Assembly (NCBI GenBank): GCA_020633655.1
Contig: JACKDF010000011.1
Location: 65,827-129,826, forward strand
Length of the DNA: 64,000 nucleotides
Origin: Deferribacteres bacterium
Lineage (GTDB): Bacteria; Zhuqueibacterota; Zhuqueibacteria; Zhuqueibacterales; Geothermadaptataceae
Reading direction: 5' to 3'
Shown here: positions 7,470 to 21,336 of the stretch, one piece after another
How positions within the stretch are numbered: position 1 is the stretch's first letter
Layout: each line of letters begins with the position of its first letter
Program-made: the position numbers and the translations under genes
Notes under the pieces: generated by a model
What the model was told of the DNA's origin: nothing
The model's database searches: none
What the model saw: the letters and a program-made list of their open reading frames with translations, nothing else

Positions 7470-8615
7470 TTGGCTGATAAATTTCAGACGGGGAAAGTTG
7501 TCACTATCTCATTCGGGCATTTAATTAACGATACCTATTCCGCATTTTTTGCACCCATGTTGCCTCTGCTCATCGCCAAACTTGGTCTCTCGCTTTCCCT
7601 GGTTGGCTTGTTGGATGTTGTGCGAAAAATCCTCCTTATTTAATCCTTTCATCGGTTTGCTCGCCGACAAAATGTGTGTGAAATACATCGTTATCTGGAC
7701 ACCGGGTTTTACAGCCCTGTTCATGAGTTTGGTGGGATTATCGCCTTCGTATCTGATCTTGTTCATTTTGCTGTTTGTCAGCGGCATCAGCTCGACGTTG
7801 TTCCACGTGCCTGCTCCAGTGATGATCAAACACCTTTCCGCCGAAAAAACAGGCGCGGGCATGAGCTATTTCATGTTCGGTGGTGAATTGGCGAGAACCT
7901 TGGGACCGCTCATTATTACCGCTGCAATGTCGTTGTGGGGCTGGAAGGATCCTTTCGCACCATGCCTGTGGGCGTGCTGGCTTCTGCCATTCTCTATTTT
8001 AAGTTGAAAGATATTCAACCGATCAGCCGGAATAATAAGAATAACAAAACCAACGCCGGTGCCACCATTAGGCGGCTTGTGCCATTTTTTATCGCAATTT
8101 CAGCTTACCAATTTTTTCGGGCAGCGATGAAATCCGCCTTAACGCTTTATCTGCCGACCTATCTGGCTAGCAGGGGAGAGTCGCTGTGGGTTGCCGGCAT
8201 TTCCTTGTCCATCATACAACCTGCGGGTGCGGGTGGTGTTTTTCTCACCGGTTTCATCGCCGATAAAATCAGTCACCGCACGATGCTGCTCATTCTCGCG
8301 GTGACCAGCCCTTTTCTCATGTTCGCATTCGTCACTGCCAACAAGGTGCTGATGATACCACTTTTAATTCTCCTCGGTTTTGTTGTTTTTGCCTCCGGAC
8401 CGGTCATCCTGGCGCTTGTTCAGGATACAAACACCGAAAGACCGGCATTTGTTAACGGCATCTATATGACCCTCAACTTTACATTGAGTTCGGTCATGGC
8501 GTTAGCCGTAGGTATTTCGGGTGATCGATTGGGACTTGAAAGTACATTTCAACTGTGCGCCTGGGCGGCGTTTTTGTCATTGCCTTTTGTTTTTCTTTTG
8601 AAAAGGAAGGCGTAA
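7470..8615 (+). pseudogene. MFS transporter (Fsr / fosmidomycin-resistance-like), split into three frames
   Basis: GHLINDTYSAFFAPMLPLLIAKLGLSLSLVG is an Fsr-type N-terminus, and hydrophobic TM segments run throughout. The frame changes at an A5 run (7625-7629) and at a G4 run (7937-7940). Confidence 0.7.
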
Positions 8616-8661
8616 TTTTTGCTAATCTCTGCATGGTGTTTTATTCGTAAGTCCCAATATT

Positions 8662-8771
8662 GGGGCTGAGTCAAAACATGATTTACTGACTGTAACTCGA
8701 CATTTATGTCGAAAGCTTGGTCCTCAAGGAGGGCAACATGAATGTCGCGTTACAAGTTTTGACACAGCCCC
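8662..8771. repeat. 110-bp MITE-like element W (same termini, different core)
   Basis: GGGGCTGAGTCAAAAC...GTTTTGACACAGCCCC. Confidence 0.75.
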
Positions 8772-8821
8772 ATCGCTCACTTGGAGCATCGCATAAATAA
8801 AGCAGAATAAAAAAGGATTAC

Positions 8822-9327
8822 CATGGATCATATCCAAAATCTTTCCCGCGAAAATTTGCTCAAACTCATTGATGTTTACGCCAAAAATTGGCTCGCCCAT
8901 GATGGCTGCTGGTTTTAGCGGCAGAAGAAAAGTATGGCATGGAAACAGCGATGGAGTTGACGCGAAATCGTGGGAGCGATTTGCGGTCTCCGAAGCACGA
9001 CGCATAATGCAAACTTTCGCCATTCCATCTGACGGTGGTTTAAAGGCTCTGGAACAGGCTTTTCAATACCGATTATATGCAGCGATTAACAAACAGGAAA
9101 TTGAGTGGCCTGATGAAAATACCCTGATATTTCGCATGGTCGAATGTCGGGTGCAAAAACGCGTCGGCAAAAAAAATCTGCCGGATTTCCCCTGCAAACA
9201 AGTTGGTATTATCGAATTCAGCCAGTTCGCCAAAACAGTGGATAAACGCATCAAAACAAAGTGCATCGCCTGCCCACCGGATAAAAGTCGGGACTTTTTC
9301 TGTGCCTGGGAGTTTACTTTGGATTGA
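8822..9327 (+). pseudogene. Conserved hypothetical protein (tentatively DUF6125-like), one frameshift near 8915
   Basis: MDHIQNLSRENLLKLIDVYAKNWLAHDGCWF runs into a stop. The sequence continues in the next frame as ...AKSWERFAVSEARRIMQTF...CIACPPDKSRDFFCAWEFTLD. Confidence 0.45.
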
Positions 9328-9346
9328 GGAATTTGATCGATAAAAA

Positions 9347-11743
9347 TTAAAACTTATACCCCAAAACAAAATACACCAAATTCTGCTTCTTGCGCTCTCC
9401 GATGAACACCTTGTCTCCGTGACTAAAGATCACTTCGATTGGCCCTACCAGCGACAGCAATTTTACACCAACTCCAAATCCCGTCACATTGTAGGGATGG
9501 AGTATAATCGGACCCGAATCATATTCCAGGTTGTGGGCGATATTCGCCATGAGTTTAAAGAAGATATCCTTTTTGTATTGGTAGCGGTAATCGAAACGCA
9601 GAATGCCGATTTGCGTACCGAAGAGCTGGTCGTAGTCCAGACCGATAAAATATTCAGGTTTTCCGAGGTTCAGGTATTTGTAAATTGGGACTGTTTTCGT
9701 CGTGCCCCAGTAAGCAAAGAATCGCGTTGTATGCCGCTGGTGAAATGTGTGATAAATATTTGCAGCAGTGGAAAATAAGGCGTAATTCAAATCCGAATGC
9801 AATTCTTTAAAACTGCCTTCGTAATAACTTCGACATCAAATCCGCTTCTCGGTAGCAGCACATCATCCAGCTTGTCAATGGTCATGGACGCCTGCACTTT
9901 GCGCAATTCATGCTTCCAGGTGGGAAAAATAGACGGATCGGAGAATGCAATGTTCGGTGTGACATTCATGTATTCGTGCTGGTATTCGATCTCTGCATTA
10001 AAACATTTTTAAACAGCAAGCCAGAGCCGACCCCAATATAACTTGACCGGTTTTTGTAACTGGCGATGAGATCGCCGCCGCCACCATCGTAAATATTGGT
10101 GGGAATATCCTTGAAACCAAAGTTGAGCAGGGGATAGACAGGCATGCTGATCGTACGGGTCGGGTAATAGATTTTGCTGTTGTAGTTCACCAGTCCGGCA
10201 AATTGCAGTTCTTCTTCAAAGCGCAGACCCGGAATCAGCCAGTTCACTCCGAGAACGTTGACAATCCCCACAAGTTTGTGAAAATCATCGTAACGCAAAC
10301 CAACCCGCATCCGCTGCGTCGGCAATTCCTTGATCTCCAGCTTCAGGGTGACTTTGTTTTCGCCAATGGGCTCGACCTCGTATTTGATGTACTCGAAATA
10401 ACCCAGGCCGTACAGTTCCATTATCCGGCTGTTCAGGGCCTCGGTGTCCAGCTTATTGCCGGGTTGCACGCCCAATAATTGATAAATAAAAGTAAATGGA
10501 AGTACGTCGTTGCCCTCTATGGTGATGCCAAAAATCATCGGCTTTTGTTTTTCTTTCACATGGATGATAAGCCGGATATCGCTTTCTGACAGGGGCACAA
10601 TTTCATAGGAAACATTTTCAAAATAACCGGAAGATTTCATCTCCGCTATGCGGTCTTTTAAAACGATAAATCCAAACGGTCCGTTGGTTTTATGTGCAAT
10701 TGTTGGTAGATAAACTGAAGGGGATGGCAGTGTGCCCGGTGATTTGCAGGTCATAAATTCTTGGTTGTTTGTTCGCCAGGGCAGTGATACCCGGTTCCTG
10801 CATTCGGTGGAGGTGATACTTCTCTTTCAGCTTGAGGAGCTGTTCCACGTTGTCCTGGGCAGCGATACACCCTCGTTGAATTATCTTTACGATCTGATCG
10901 TCATCAAAATCTCCGGGGTGAATGCTCCAGATCCGGTCGTATGTGGATATCGATTAACTTTTCGTTTCTTCGGCGTTGTTCCAGTCCGAGCAAACCAATC
11001 GTCTGTTCAAGAACGGACAGCACAGTGCCGAGCTGCTTGCGTTTTTTCAGCGGGCTCTCAACATCCACAGCAATAACGATGTCTGCTCCCATTTCTTTTG
11101 CGATATTTATGGGTAAATTATTGGAGAATCCACCGTCGATGAGCAGGGAATCGCCGTACTCCACCGGTGTGAAAACGGTTGAATGGCCATTGTTGCCCGC
11201 ATTGCTTTGGCCAGGGAGCCGCTTTTTAAAATCACCTGATTTCCTGTGACCAGATCCACCGCAACACAACGGTAGGGGATGGGCAACTTATCAAAATCGG
11301 TTATGCTTTCGTATGGAAAAGTCAAGCTCGAGAACAACAGCGAAACCTTTTGGCCATAAATTATTCCACTGGGAATGACAGGTTTCACCCCATCCAAACC
11401 AAAGACGAGTTGGAATTTGCCTGTTTCTTTACGCACGAGGTAGGGCAATTCCGTTCTGCGGGGAATGTCGGAAAAGATTTCGTTCCAATCGGTTTTGTGA
11501 ACGATGTGTTCCAGGTCGTGTCCGCTGTAGCCAATGGAATAGAGCGCGCCAGCAATACCACCCATGCTCGCACCAACGATATAATCGATGGGAATTTGCA
11601 GGAATCCAACATTTTAAAGCACCGATATGGGCGAAACCTCGTGCTCCGCCACCGGAAAGCACCAGGCCGATTTTAGGGCGATCTGTCTCCTGGGAGAACG
11701 CAACGGAAGTAAGGAAAAATGAAAAAGAAGAACGCATTTCCAT
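9347..11743 (-). pseudogene. Patatin-like phospholipase - POTRA - Omp85 beta-barrel (PlpD-like, type Vd autotransporter architecture), split into at least 6 frames
   Basis: The gene opens with a signal peptide. LVLSGGGARGFAHIG is the patatin glycine-rich loop and GASMGGIAG the GxSxG motif. A POTRA-like segment lies at 9966-10754. The C-terminus ...NLVYFVLGYKF is an Omp85 beta-signal ending in Phe. Confidence 0.75.
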
Positions 11744-12254
11744 TTCGATTTGCTAATTTTCATGCTCTTGTGGGGCATGCAATTAATCCTCCTGCGTGAA
11801 TTTCCCCGATATGAAAAATTTGTGTGTGTGGAAGATACAGTTTATTGCATCGCAAATCAATTGTTTCGTCAAGTGGTATTTGGAAATTTGTGCTTATCTC
11901 TCGGGATCAATGCCCTGTCAATAGCATGCAGTCAGGGGAAACTTGTTGTTTTAACCGCAAAATGGATAGAAATACTTCAATTTAAATTTTGTCAAAGTCA
12001 CTTTCACTTCAATCCATACATCCCTGAATTTGCAGAGGAATACGTGCCAGGTTCCTCGAAAGCACAGGTTGCGATCGAAAAAATGCCAAAGGCCATAACT
12101 ATTTTTTCCATCTGGTTCGTAAAAATGCCTTGTAACTTTATACAAGCATAAGTATGTTTTAACTCTTCTCTTTAGCAGTATTCAAAAAAGCGCACCAGAA
12201 TGAATTTCTGAGCGCATCTCTTGCAATCAGGGGCTAAATTTCTGGGAGGTGATC

Positions 12255-13729
12255 ATGCGACCTGTCCTCACGAACCGCAATTTATTTCTTTCTATTTCTC
12301 TGTTTTTCTCACATCCAATCTCGTTTCACAAGCCCCAGTTTCATTCAGGGAAGTCGCTGCCATTTATGGTGTTGCCGGTGAAGGCCTTCCTACGGACACA
12401 GTTCGGCCCTCATGGATTTCAATAATGATGATTTGTTGGACATTGGCTTTACGGTAAAAACAGCCAGAAATTTTCTGTTCATTAACCGGGGAAATGGCCA
12501 TTTTGATGAAATTGCCACAGCAGCCGGCCTCAATAAACGCACGGATCAGCGTATTCGCGGCATGTCTGTCGCTGATTATGACAACGATGGCGACCTCGAT
12601 GTCTACCTGACAGCAGGCAGAGCGAGTCAGTTTTACCGAAACAATGGCGATCTAACTTTTACAGATGTGACGAAGGCTGCAGGTGTCGAAGATTTTGGCA
12701 ACGGACTCATCGCCTCCTGGGGAGATTACAACAGGGATGGTTTTATCGATTTATACGTATCGAATTGGGATGACAGCCGGCATGCATTATTTAAAAACAA
12801 AGGAGACGGGACCTTTAAAATGTGACTCAGGAAGCGGGATTGGGCAACGATGCCAATAACCATGTCGGCTTGTGGTTGGACTTTGATAACGATGGTGATC
12901 TGGATATGTTTGTCAGTCGTGCGTTCTACAAGCTTTTTCGCTTGTGGCGCAACAACGGTGATGGAACATTTACCAATATTGCCGGGCGCGCAGGATTGGA
13001 ATGCGATGTCTTCGGCCAGGGCTCCACAACAGCTGACTACGACAATGATGGTTTTCTCGATATTTATGTCGCCAGCTGTTACGAGCGCAACATACTTTTT
13101 CATAACAATGGCGATGGCACATTTACCAACATCGCCGGGCAAGCGGGCGTCGATGGTTCCGGAAGGTCTGTGGATTGTGTGAGTGGTGATTTCAACAACG
13201 ACGGTTGGATGGATATTTATGTTGGCAATTATGACTGGAATCCGGGCGATCCGGATTATGGTGGTAATCCGGAAGGCTACAACAGGTTGTATTGGAACAA
13301 TGGCAACGAGACATTCACCAACGATCCGGGAATTACCGCTGACCGGTCGCGTACAATCGGATCCTCCATCGGCGATCTCAACAACGATGGTTTTGATGAT
13401 CTTTACACGGTCAACTCTTCAACGCTTAACAAACTTTACGAAAATAAAGGCAATTCCAATAACTGGTTGCAGATCCAATTACAGGAGTGAAAAGCAGTCG
13501 CGATGCGATAGGCACAAGAATTGAGCTGGAAATTAATGGGAAGAAACGCATTAAGGAGATTTCAGGAGCAAGTGGTTATTGCTCGCATTCATCGCTCATC
13601 CAGACTTTCGGCCTCGGGTCTGCCAACAATGTTGATCGTATTACAATTAAATGGATAAGTGGCACCGTCGACGAACTAAATAATATTACGGTTAATCAGC
13701 GATTAAAATTAAAGGAAGGCCAGGTTTGA
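12255..13729 (+). pseudogene. FG-GAP/VCBS repeat protein with C-terminal ASPIC/UnbV domain (CRTAC1 family), split into at least 4 frames
   Basis: Repeated DYDNDG(D/F)LD(I/V)Y and NNGDGTFT(N/D) motifs. The C-terminal part reads AIGTRIELEINGKKRIKEISGASGYCSHSSL. Frame breaks lie near 12385, 12825 and 13490. Confidence 0.75.
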
Positions 13730-15493
13730 GTAGCGTTGATTCATTGTTTTTATCGATGTAAATTCTGCTGTTCTCACACCGAATGAAGCGAAGATTTCCT
13801 GGCAGACAAATAAAACTGCGCGAGGATTCGTCCGGTACGGATTAACGGAGGACTTACTCAATACCACCGACTCTACTATTGTACCGGGATTTTTATCTGC
13901 TATAACGCTAGAAAACCTGACTGCAGATACGACGTATTATTTTCTGGTTAGCGCCATGGATACGACGGGGGATGGAATTGAGAGTGAGATGATGTCCTTT
14001 GTCACAACGCTTATCCCTGTCCTTGCCGAGAATATTGCAGCGCAAGCACTCCTGACAGCGAGCAGTGAAAATGAAAATGGAAACAAACGGTGGATAAAGC
14101 AGTCGATGGTTTTGTGGATGGATACCCCGGGGACTACACAAAGAATGGGTTGCAACCACAGATCCGGTGGGTACATGGTTTAATCTGGAATTTGAGGATG
14201 GCCGGGTGATTGATAAAATTATTTTGCACGATCGTATCAATTTTTCGGATCAGATTCTGGAAATGCAGCTCACGTTTGATTCTGGAGATAGAATTATGAC
14301 CGGTCCACTACCAAACGACGGCGCACCCCTTGTTATCGAATTTACACCAAAGACAATAAAAATATTCGTTTGGAAGTGACAAAAGCGCAGGGAAGTTCGG
14401 TAGGTCTTGCGGAAGTTGAAGTATGGCAAGCTGCTAATAGCGTGAATCAACCCAGACTCGAAATTGAGCAGGTAAATGTCACGGATATCGATTCAAATTC
14501 TGCTGTTATTCATTGGCGAACAAGTATCGAGTGCACAGGCGAGTGTTATGTTAACGATGATACACTAACAACCACACTATCCAATTCGCACACTGTATTT
14601 GTCGAAAATTTATTGCCTGGTACTACGTATCCATTTTTAATTTTGTGGCGTCCACTGAAGGAGAGACGGCGCAGTCGGAGGTGCTCTCCTTTACCACAAT
14701 GGAAGCAAGCGTGCCTTCGACACCATTCCTGCGGATACAACCAGCACACCACAGGAATTGTTTGATATCACGGGGAATGGCCTGGTGACCGCGAGCAGTG
14801 AAAAAAGTCCGATGGGGACAAACCGCGGTAAAAGCTGTTGACGGCATTATTGATGGCTATCCCGGCGATTACACCAAAGAATGGGTCTCCGACGAAATGC
14901 CTGTTGGTGTATGGATTCGATTGAGTTTCCCGCAGCCTGTTTTTATTGGTAAAATTGTTGGCTATGACCGCCCAAATTTAAAAGACCACATCCGTGCTTT
15001 TCGCCTCCATTTCAGTGATGGGAGTCATGTAGAATATGGTGAAATGAACAACGACGGAACCTCGTCCATATTTGAATTCGAGCCGCGTCAAACGAATTGG
15101 ATTGAACTCGAAGTGACCGCAGCTGCCGGCGAAAATGTAGGGCTGGCGGAATTTCGGGTCTGGGGCTATATCGCCTTAGGGAAACAGCCGGGAACCGAAT
15201 CAAAGATTTTACCTCAAACCTTTTGTATCAGCAGCAATTTTCCAAATCCTTTCAATGCGATGACACAATTTGAAGTGCATATTCCGGAGCCCGGGTGGCT
15301 GCAAATGGCGATTTTCAATATTAAGGAGAGACCGTACAGGAAATCACAAACGATTTGGTTGCACCTGGCGTGCAGCGATTTCAGTGGGATGGAGAAAGCG
15401 ATACTGCTGGCGTGGTTAGCAGTGGCATGTATTTTCTCAATGCCACATTTCACGGGCAATCTGGCATTTTGCAAAGATACACAGATAAATTAA
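13730..15493 (+). pseudogene. Secreted FN3 / beta-sandwich repeat protein with decayed T9SS C-terminal domain, split into at least 5 frames
   Basis: There are two FN3-like modules (AKISWQTNKTARGFVRYG..., SAVIHWRTSIECTGECYV...). There are two copies of AVDG(F/I)(V/I)DGYPGDYTKEWV...GLAE(V/F)(E/R)VW(Q/G). The tail SSNFPNPFNAMTQFEVHIPEPGW is T9SS-like. Confidence 0.6.
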
Positions 15494-15526
15494 TGTATTT
15501 GAAATAAAAAAATACTGATTCTGAGC

Positions 15527-16366
15527 TCAGAATTTGATTACAGGCAGATACCCGGCTTCCTGTACAAATTTTTGTCCGGCATCGGTCATTGTCCAGTCGA
15601 TAAATTTTTTCACCTGTCCCCGCGGTTTATTCACGGTATATAAATAAAGATAGCGTGTGATGGGATAAGAATCGTTGCGTATATTTTCAGCAGTGATTTC
15701 AATATTTTCCACCCTCGCCAATTTAACGCCTTTGCCATAGGCTAGTCCACCATAACCTATGGCAAAGGGATTGTCTTGAACAGCGCGGACAATTGCTGAG
15801 GTTCCGGCTAAAACCTGCATATCCACAGAATAGGATTCCCCGTGTAAAACATGTTCACGCAGGTAATAACGCGTTCCGGAGTTTGGCGAACGTCCGTAGA
15901 GATAAATGGCCGTATCCTGCCACGCGAATTTGTTCCAGTTGTCCATTTCGCCGGTAAAATTTGTTTGATCTCCTCCAGTGTGAATGTTTCAACCGGATTT
16001 TCTTGATTGAGAAATATGGCAATGGCTTCCTTCGCAACGAGAAAACTGTATCCGAGGGTTCCATGATTTTCTACAATATTTTTCACTTCCTCAGGCCGTA
16101 ACGGTCGCGATGCGGTGCAAATTTCTGCGGCACCGACTGCAAGAGCCTGCGCGCCAGTGGCTGTTCCTCCACCGTCGACGTAAACAGAGATGTTCGGATT
16201 TTGCTGCATATAGGTCGCTGCCCAACGCTTGGCGAGGAAGGAGCGTATCAGACCCTTTGATACGAATAATCGCTTTCGATGGACCTAATTGTGAGGCACA
16301 GCCTGCAAGAAAGAGGAGTAGTGTAATAAGTAGGATTGGACGGATTTTGCTCTGTAAAAGTGTCAT
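15527..16366 (-). pseudogene. pstS: Phosphate ABC transporter substrate-binding lipoprotein PstS family, two frameshifts
   Basis: The lipobox is LLFLAGCAS. Further matches are IKGSDTL, YVDGGGTATGAQAL, FAIGYGGLAY and RYLYLYT. Confidence 0.7.
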
Positions 16367-16376
16367 CGTTCTTCCG

Positions 16377-18056
16377 CTATAGATTGTAGTCTGGCATTAA
16401 GAAACTGTGAATTGGGGTGAAATTCCACGCTTTTTCCGGTATTCCCAGGATTGAAATCAGTCCTAAAAGCAGGTTGCAATGCTGTTGAACTGCGGCATAA
16501 TTGATGGGTTGATCGAGATCATCAAAGGGGTGTGGTATCGTGTTGCTCCCTCAATCGATAAACCGTTGCACACCACTTTCATAGGTTGCATTGTCGTATT
16601 TCATTCCCTCGACAAGGGCAACTGTTGGTATTCCTCACGTGCAAAAGCAATCTGGTCTGATCTTCCAAGCGCATTTGAGTTGGCAAATATGGCAGGCACA
16701 GGTGAATACTCAAGAGAGAATCCTTTTGCCAGCTCCTGCAACAGGTTTTCCATCGTAGAATACTCTGCACCAATACCGACAAAATTTTTAAAGGTATCAA
16801 ACATTGCGATTCCGTCGATGTTCACCGCTGCGTAAGTTTTATGGAGCGGCACACGCGGATGATCAATGTAATATGTGGCGCCGAGCAAGCCTTTTTCTTC
16901 ACCTGTGGTAAATACAAGCAGGATGGATCGTTTAGGTTGTTGTGGTGCAGAGGCGATAATGCGTGCAATTTCGAGGGTGGCGGATACCCCTAAAAGCATT
17001 GTCTGCGACACCGTTGTAAATGGAATCCCCTTCACTGCTGGCCCGATGCCCAAATGATCGTAATGTGCGGCGATTAAAACAAATTGGTTTTTAAGCTTTT
17101 TATCCCTGCCGGGAATGAGCCCGATTACATTCCTGTCGACAAATTCCCATTCCTGAAAAATACCGGAGAATGCCAGTTTCCCGGTCATGTTAAAACTTTG
17201 GATCAGGTCAGCATTTTCCATATCGATGACATGGCGATATTCGAAGGGAGAACCGGAAAATAATGTCGTGGCCATTTCTGGATTGAGTAAAATATTGAGA
17301 TTGGTTGCGCGCGTATAAAGCAGAGATATTATCAAAAGCAAACTGGTGCTGCCAATAAGACCAGGGGGTGTCGCTTTCTGTTCTCGGGTTCGGTATCATG
17401 ATTGTTCCCAGAGCGCCTCGCGCCAGAGCGACCCGTCGTTTCACATCGGGATTGGCATGTATGGTATTGTGCGCGCCTGCGAAATAATCCTCATGCTCAG
17501 AAATTGGTTCGCCAGATAAAAGACTACAATTTTGCCAGCGACATCGATACCCAGGTAATCATTGTAATCATATTCCGGAGCGACAATGCCATAACCTACG
17601 AACGCCATTGGTTGCGGCAAAGCTATAAATGTCGATGCACCACAATCGTAAAGTAAATAATCTTTTCATGTTCGAAAACTCTCTCTTCCCCCGGGCAATG
17701 AAGCGCAACCGGGAATCTTTCATTGCCTTGCTCCCATGCATGGGAATGTTTTGAAAATAAGTGTTATGATCCCCGAAGGGTGTTATACCGAAATCGGCCA
17801 ATTGTGATGCGATATAGTCAGCTGCCAATTTTGCACCTGTGCTTCCGGTTGCACGGCCTTTCAGATCATCACTTGCGAGGTATGCGAGATGGTGTTTTAT
17901 GTTTTCTAGTGATATTGGGGATGGTGAACCGGATTGATCCTGAGCCTGGAGAAATGATACCGCTGCGAACAACACAAGCAAAATGTGTCGAATTAATTTA
18001 TGGATTAAAAGAAAGTGTTGGAGGCTTTTCTCATGCATGAAAGATAAAGTGTCCAT
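16377..18056 (-). pseudogene. M28-family aminopeptidase, at least 4 frameshifts
   Basis: IKHHLAYLASDDLKGRATGSTGAKLAADYIASQL is the M28 N-terminal pattern. Also present are LIAAHYDHLGIG, LLVFTTGEEKGLLGA and GRSDQIAFA. Confidence 0.7.
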
Positions 18057-18266
18057 GGCGAAATATCAACAGAGATATATTGATTGCTTTCATTCTGTCC
18101 GCTAGACTACTTCTTATTTCGGTACAAAAAATAATACGCAACCTCATCACATTTCGAGGTTCAAGGATCATGTACTTATCTTCAGTAGTTTAATTTATTC
18201 GCTCGCGAAAAAATCTCAGGGTATATTCTGCTTCCCTATCACTGAAGCAGTTCACAGAAAAAGTTG

Positions 18267-19481
<1,215 letters not shown>

Positions 19482-19626
19482 TTATCGACTTGTAATCACA
19501 TGTATGTAATCCTTAAACAAATCCGGGAGAGCGCTTTCATTTTCGCTCGAAAATTTGCATTTGCTTCCGGTTCTGTCTGGTCCGCAAATGCGTACAAAGC
19601 GAAGAGATGTGCCTTTTTCGTTGGTT

Positions 19627-20202
19627 CTAAATTATCGTATTGATCAGCGTAATCGTCAATTTTTGCACGAATTCAGTGATAAACGTATCACCCTGCGGGA
19701 CTTCGATTATTTCTTCTCTCCATGCGAAGTACGGTAAATTTGCGTAAGCCAGGGCAATCGATCCATCTTCGGCCAGTTGTTTGAAAACACTTCGTAATTT
19801 TTTTTGCAAAGTGGCCCAATCAATTTCAAAGGGATTTATCGTGAGCAATTTCAGATAGGCGTTATTCGCCTTGCCATATTCCTTCACGGCCAGTGCTGCG
19901 TCTCCGAAGTATCCCCAATAACGGGCAGGAAATTCATCGCCGTAATGTTTTGCTGCCACCTTAAGAATTTCGTATGCATCAGGGTATTTTTTTAAGTGCA
20001 AAGTGCAAACACCTTCATGAATAAAGTACTTGCAATTCGCCAGGGCACCCTGAGCATCGAATTCATCCAGCTCGCGCAAACGGCGTGCAAAGTAAATCCA
20101 GGTTTCTTTGTAATGTTCAGGAGCGCCGCCGAGATCGCGCATTTTTGCTTTCAACTCATTCCAAATTTCAGCGATCTCGCAGGAAGACGAATTTTCACTC
20201 AA
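19627..20202 (-). CDS. Hypothetical protein (helical, possibly TPR-like)
   Basis: 191-aa ORF with a TTG start in the track. I recognise no family motif. Confidence 0.4.
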   Translation of the reverse strand: MSENSSSCEIAEIWNELKAKMRDLGGAPEHYKETWIYFARRLRELDEFDAQGALANCKYFIHEGVCTLHLKKYPDAYEILKVAAKHYGDEFPARYWGYFGDAALAVKEYGKANNAYLKLLTINPFEIDWATLQKKLRSVFKQLAEDGSIALAYANLPYFAWREEIIEVPQGDTFITEFVQKLTITLINTII

Positions 20203-20536
20203 ACCGGCATTTTACACGATTTTGCGATTTCAATATAAAAATCGCAATTGCCAAGGGTGGGGTCTATCGATTTCGCTTCCTGCAATAGCGTTATTGATTC
20301 ATCGAACTGGAATTTTGCGAGTTTTTTTTGAACCTTTTTCAACCAGGTTATTCGCGTGAGAAAAAAGACTGTTTTGCATAGGGCTTTGTCTTCTGTTTAT
20401 TGGGGATAATCTGTTAAAACCAAGATGGTTAACTCTTATAGTGACGGAGAAGATAATCTGAATTTGTAAAAAAGCAAAGTGAGAAAAGTAGTTTTTAAAT
20501 TAATTTCGCCTGTTTAATTCATTAGCACCAGATGTA

Positions 20537-20664
20537 AGGCTGTGCCAAACATAATAAAACGAAAGCGCCTCGCTTAGTGGAAAATGCGTTACGCTCCGCG
20601 AGGATGTTTTCACTCTGTGAGAATTGATGTTTGGATCAAAATTAATGCGTTTTGACACAGCCCC
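20537..20664. repeat. 128-bp MITE-like element Y2 (inverted relative to Y1)
   Basis: AAGGCTGTGCCAAAC...GTTTTGACACAGCCCC. The interior aligns to the reverse complement of 6378-6508. Confidence 0.75.
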
Positions 20665-20709
20665 ATCATTTACTCAATACAAAGCAATGAATAATCCAGG
20701 AACGCAATT

Positions 20710-20852
20710 GAGACTGTCGCAAAATACGCAAATTCGGACCCAGAGCTTGCCGAAGGGCCCGAATTCGAGCTTGGAACCGGGCGTTTCGACACTTCGACTT
20801 TACTCAGTGCAGGCAGGCTCAACGTCCGGTTTATCCCTTTTTCAACAGTCTC
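20710..20852. repeat. 143-bp hairpin element X2
   Basis: GAGACTGTCGCAAAA...TTTTTCAACAGTCTC. It is near-identical to 6509-6651, including the GGGCCCGAATT stem arm. Confidence 0.8.
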
Positions 20853-21336
20853 GACAGGGCTCCAAGCCCTGGCATGGATAAACTCACTCCCTTTCAATTT
20901 AATCCACCAAATTCGTATTCGTCAATATTCGTTTTTTCTCGATTTGCAACGGAGTTTAATTATGGTCAACAAATCGGTTAAATGGAAAAATTAATATGTA
21001 ATATTACTGAGACACAGCGTGATTTAATAAGTGCTCTTCGCAACTTTTCCTCTCAGCAAATCGACTTGCAAAAAATTTAATTCATTTGAAATGGGCTTGC
21101 CTTTCGATGCAACTTTAAGTATTTTTTATCACTTGCATGATTTTAGAGTATTCAGACGAAAACTCGATGCTTTTTCAACCTGTGGAATTGTCTTGGGCGT
21201 TACAAAACGAGAGGGAATTCACTTCCCTTCTCGCCATAAGATGAATGAAATATAAGTGCGGTTCAACTTCAGTTTGGCCGTAGACTGAATAAGATAAACG
21301 TGATTTTCATGGTACTTAACCACACGGAGATGGAGC

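Noticed and set aside
11750-12151. 133-aa ORF in the divergent intergenic region between the patatin gene and the FG-GAP gene
   Set aside because: It has an alternative start, no motif, and an odd Cys/Phe-rich composition. It is more likely promoter or leader DNA. I saw no riboswitch-like pattern that I could name either.
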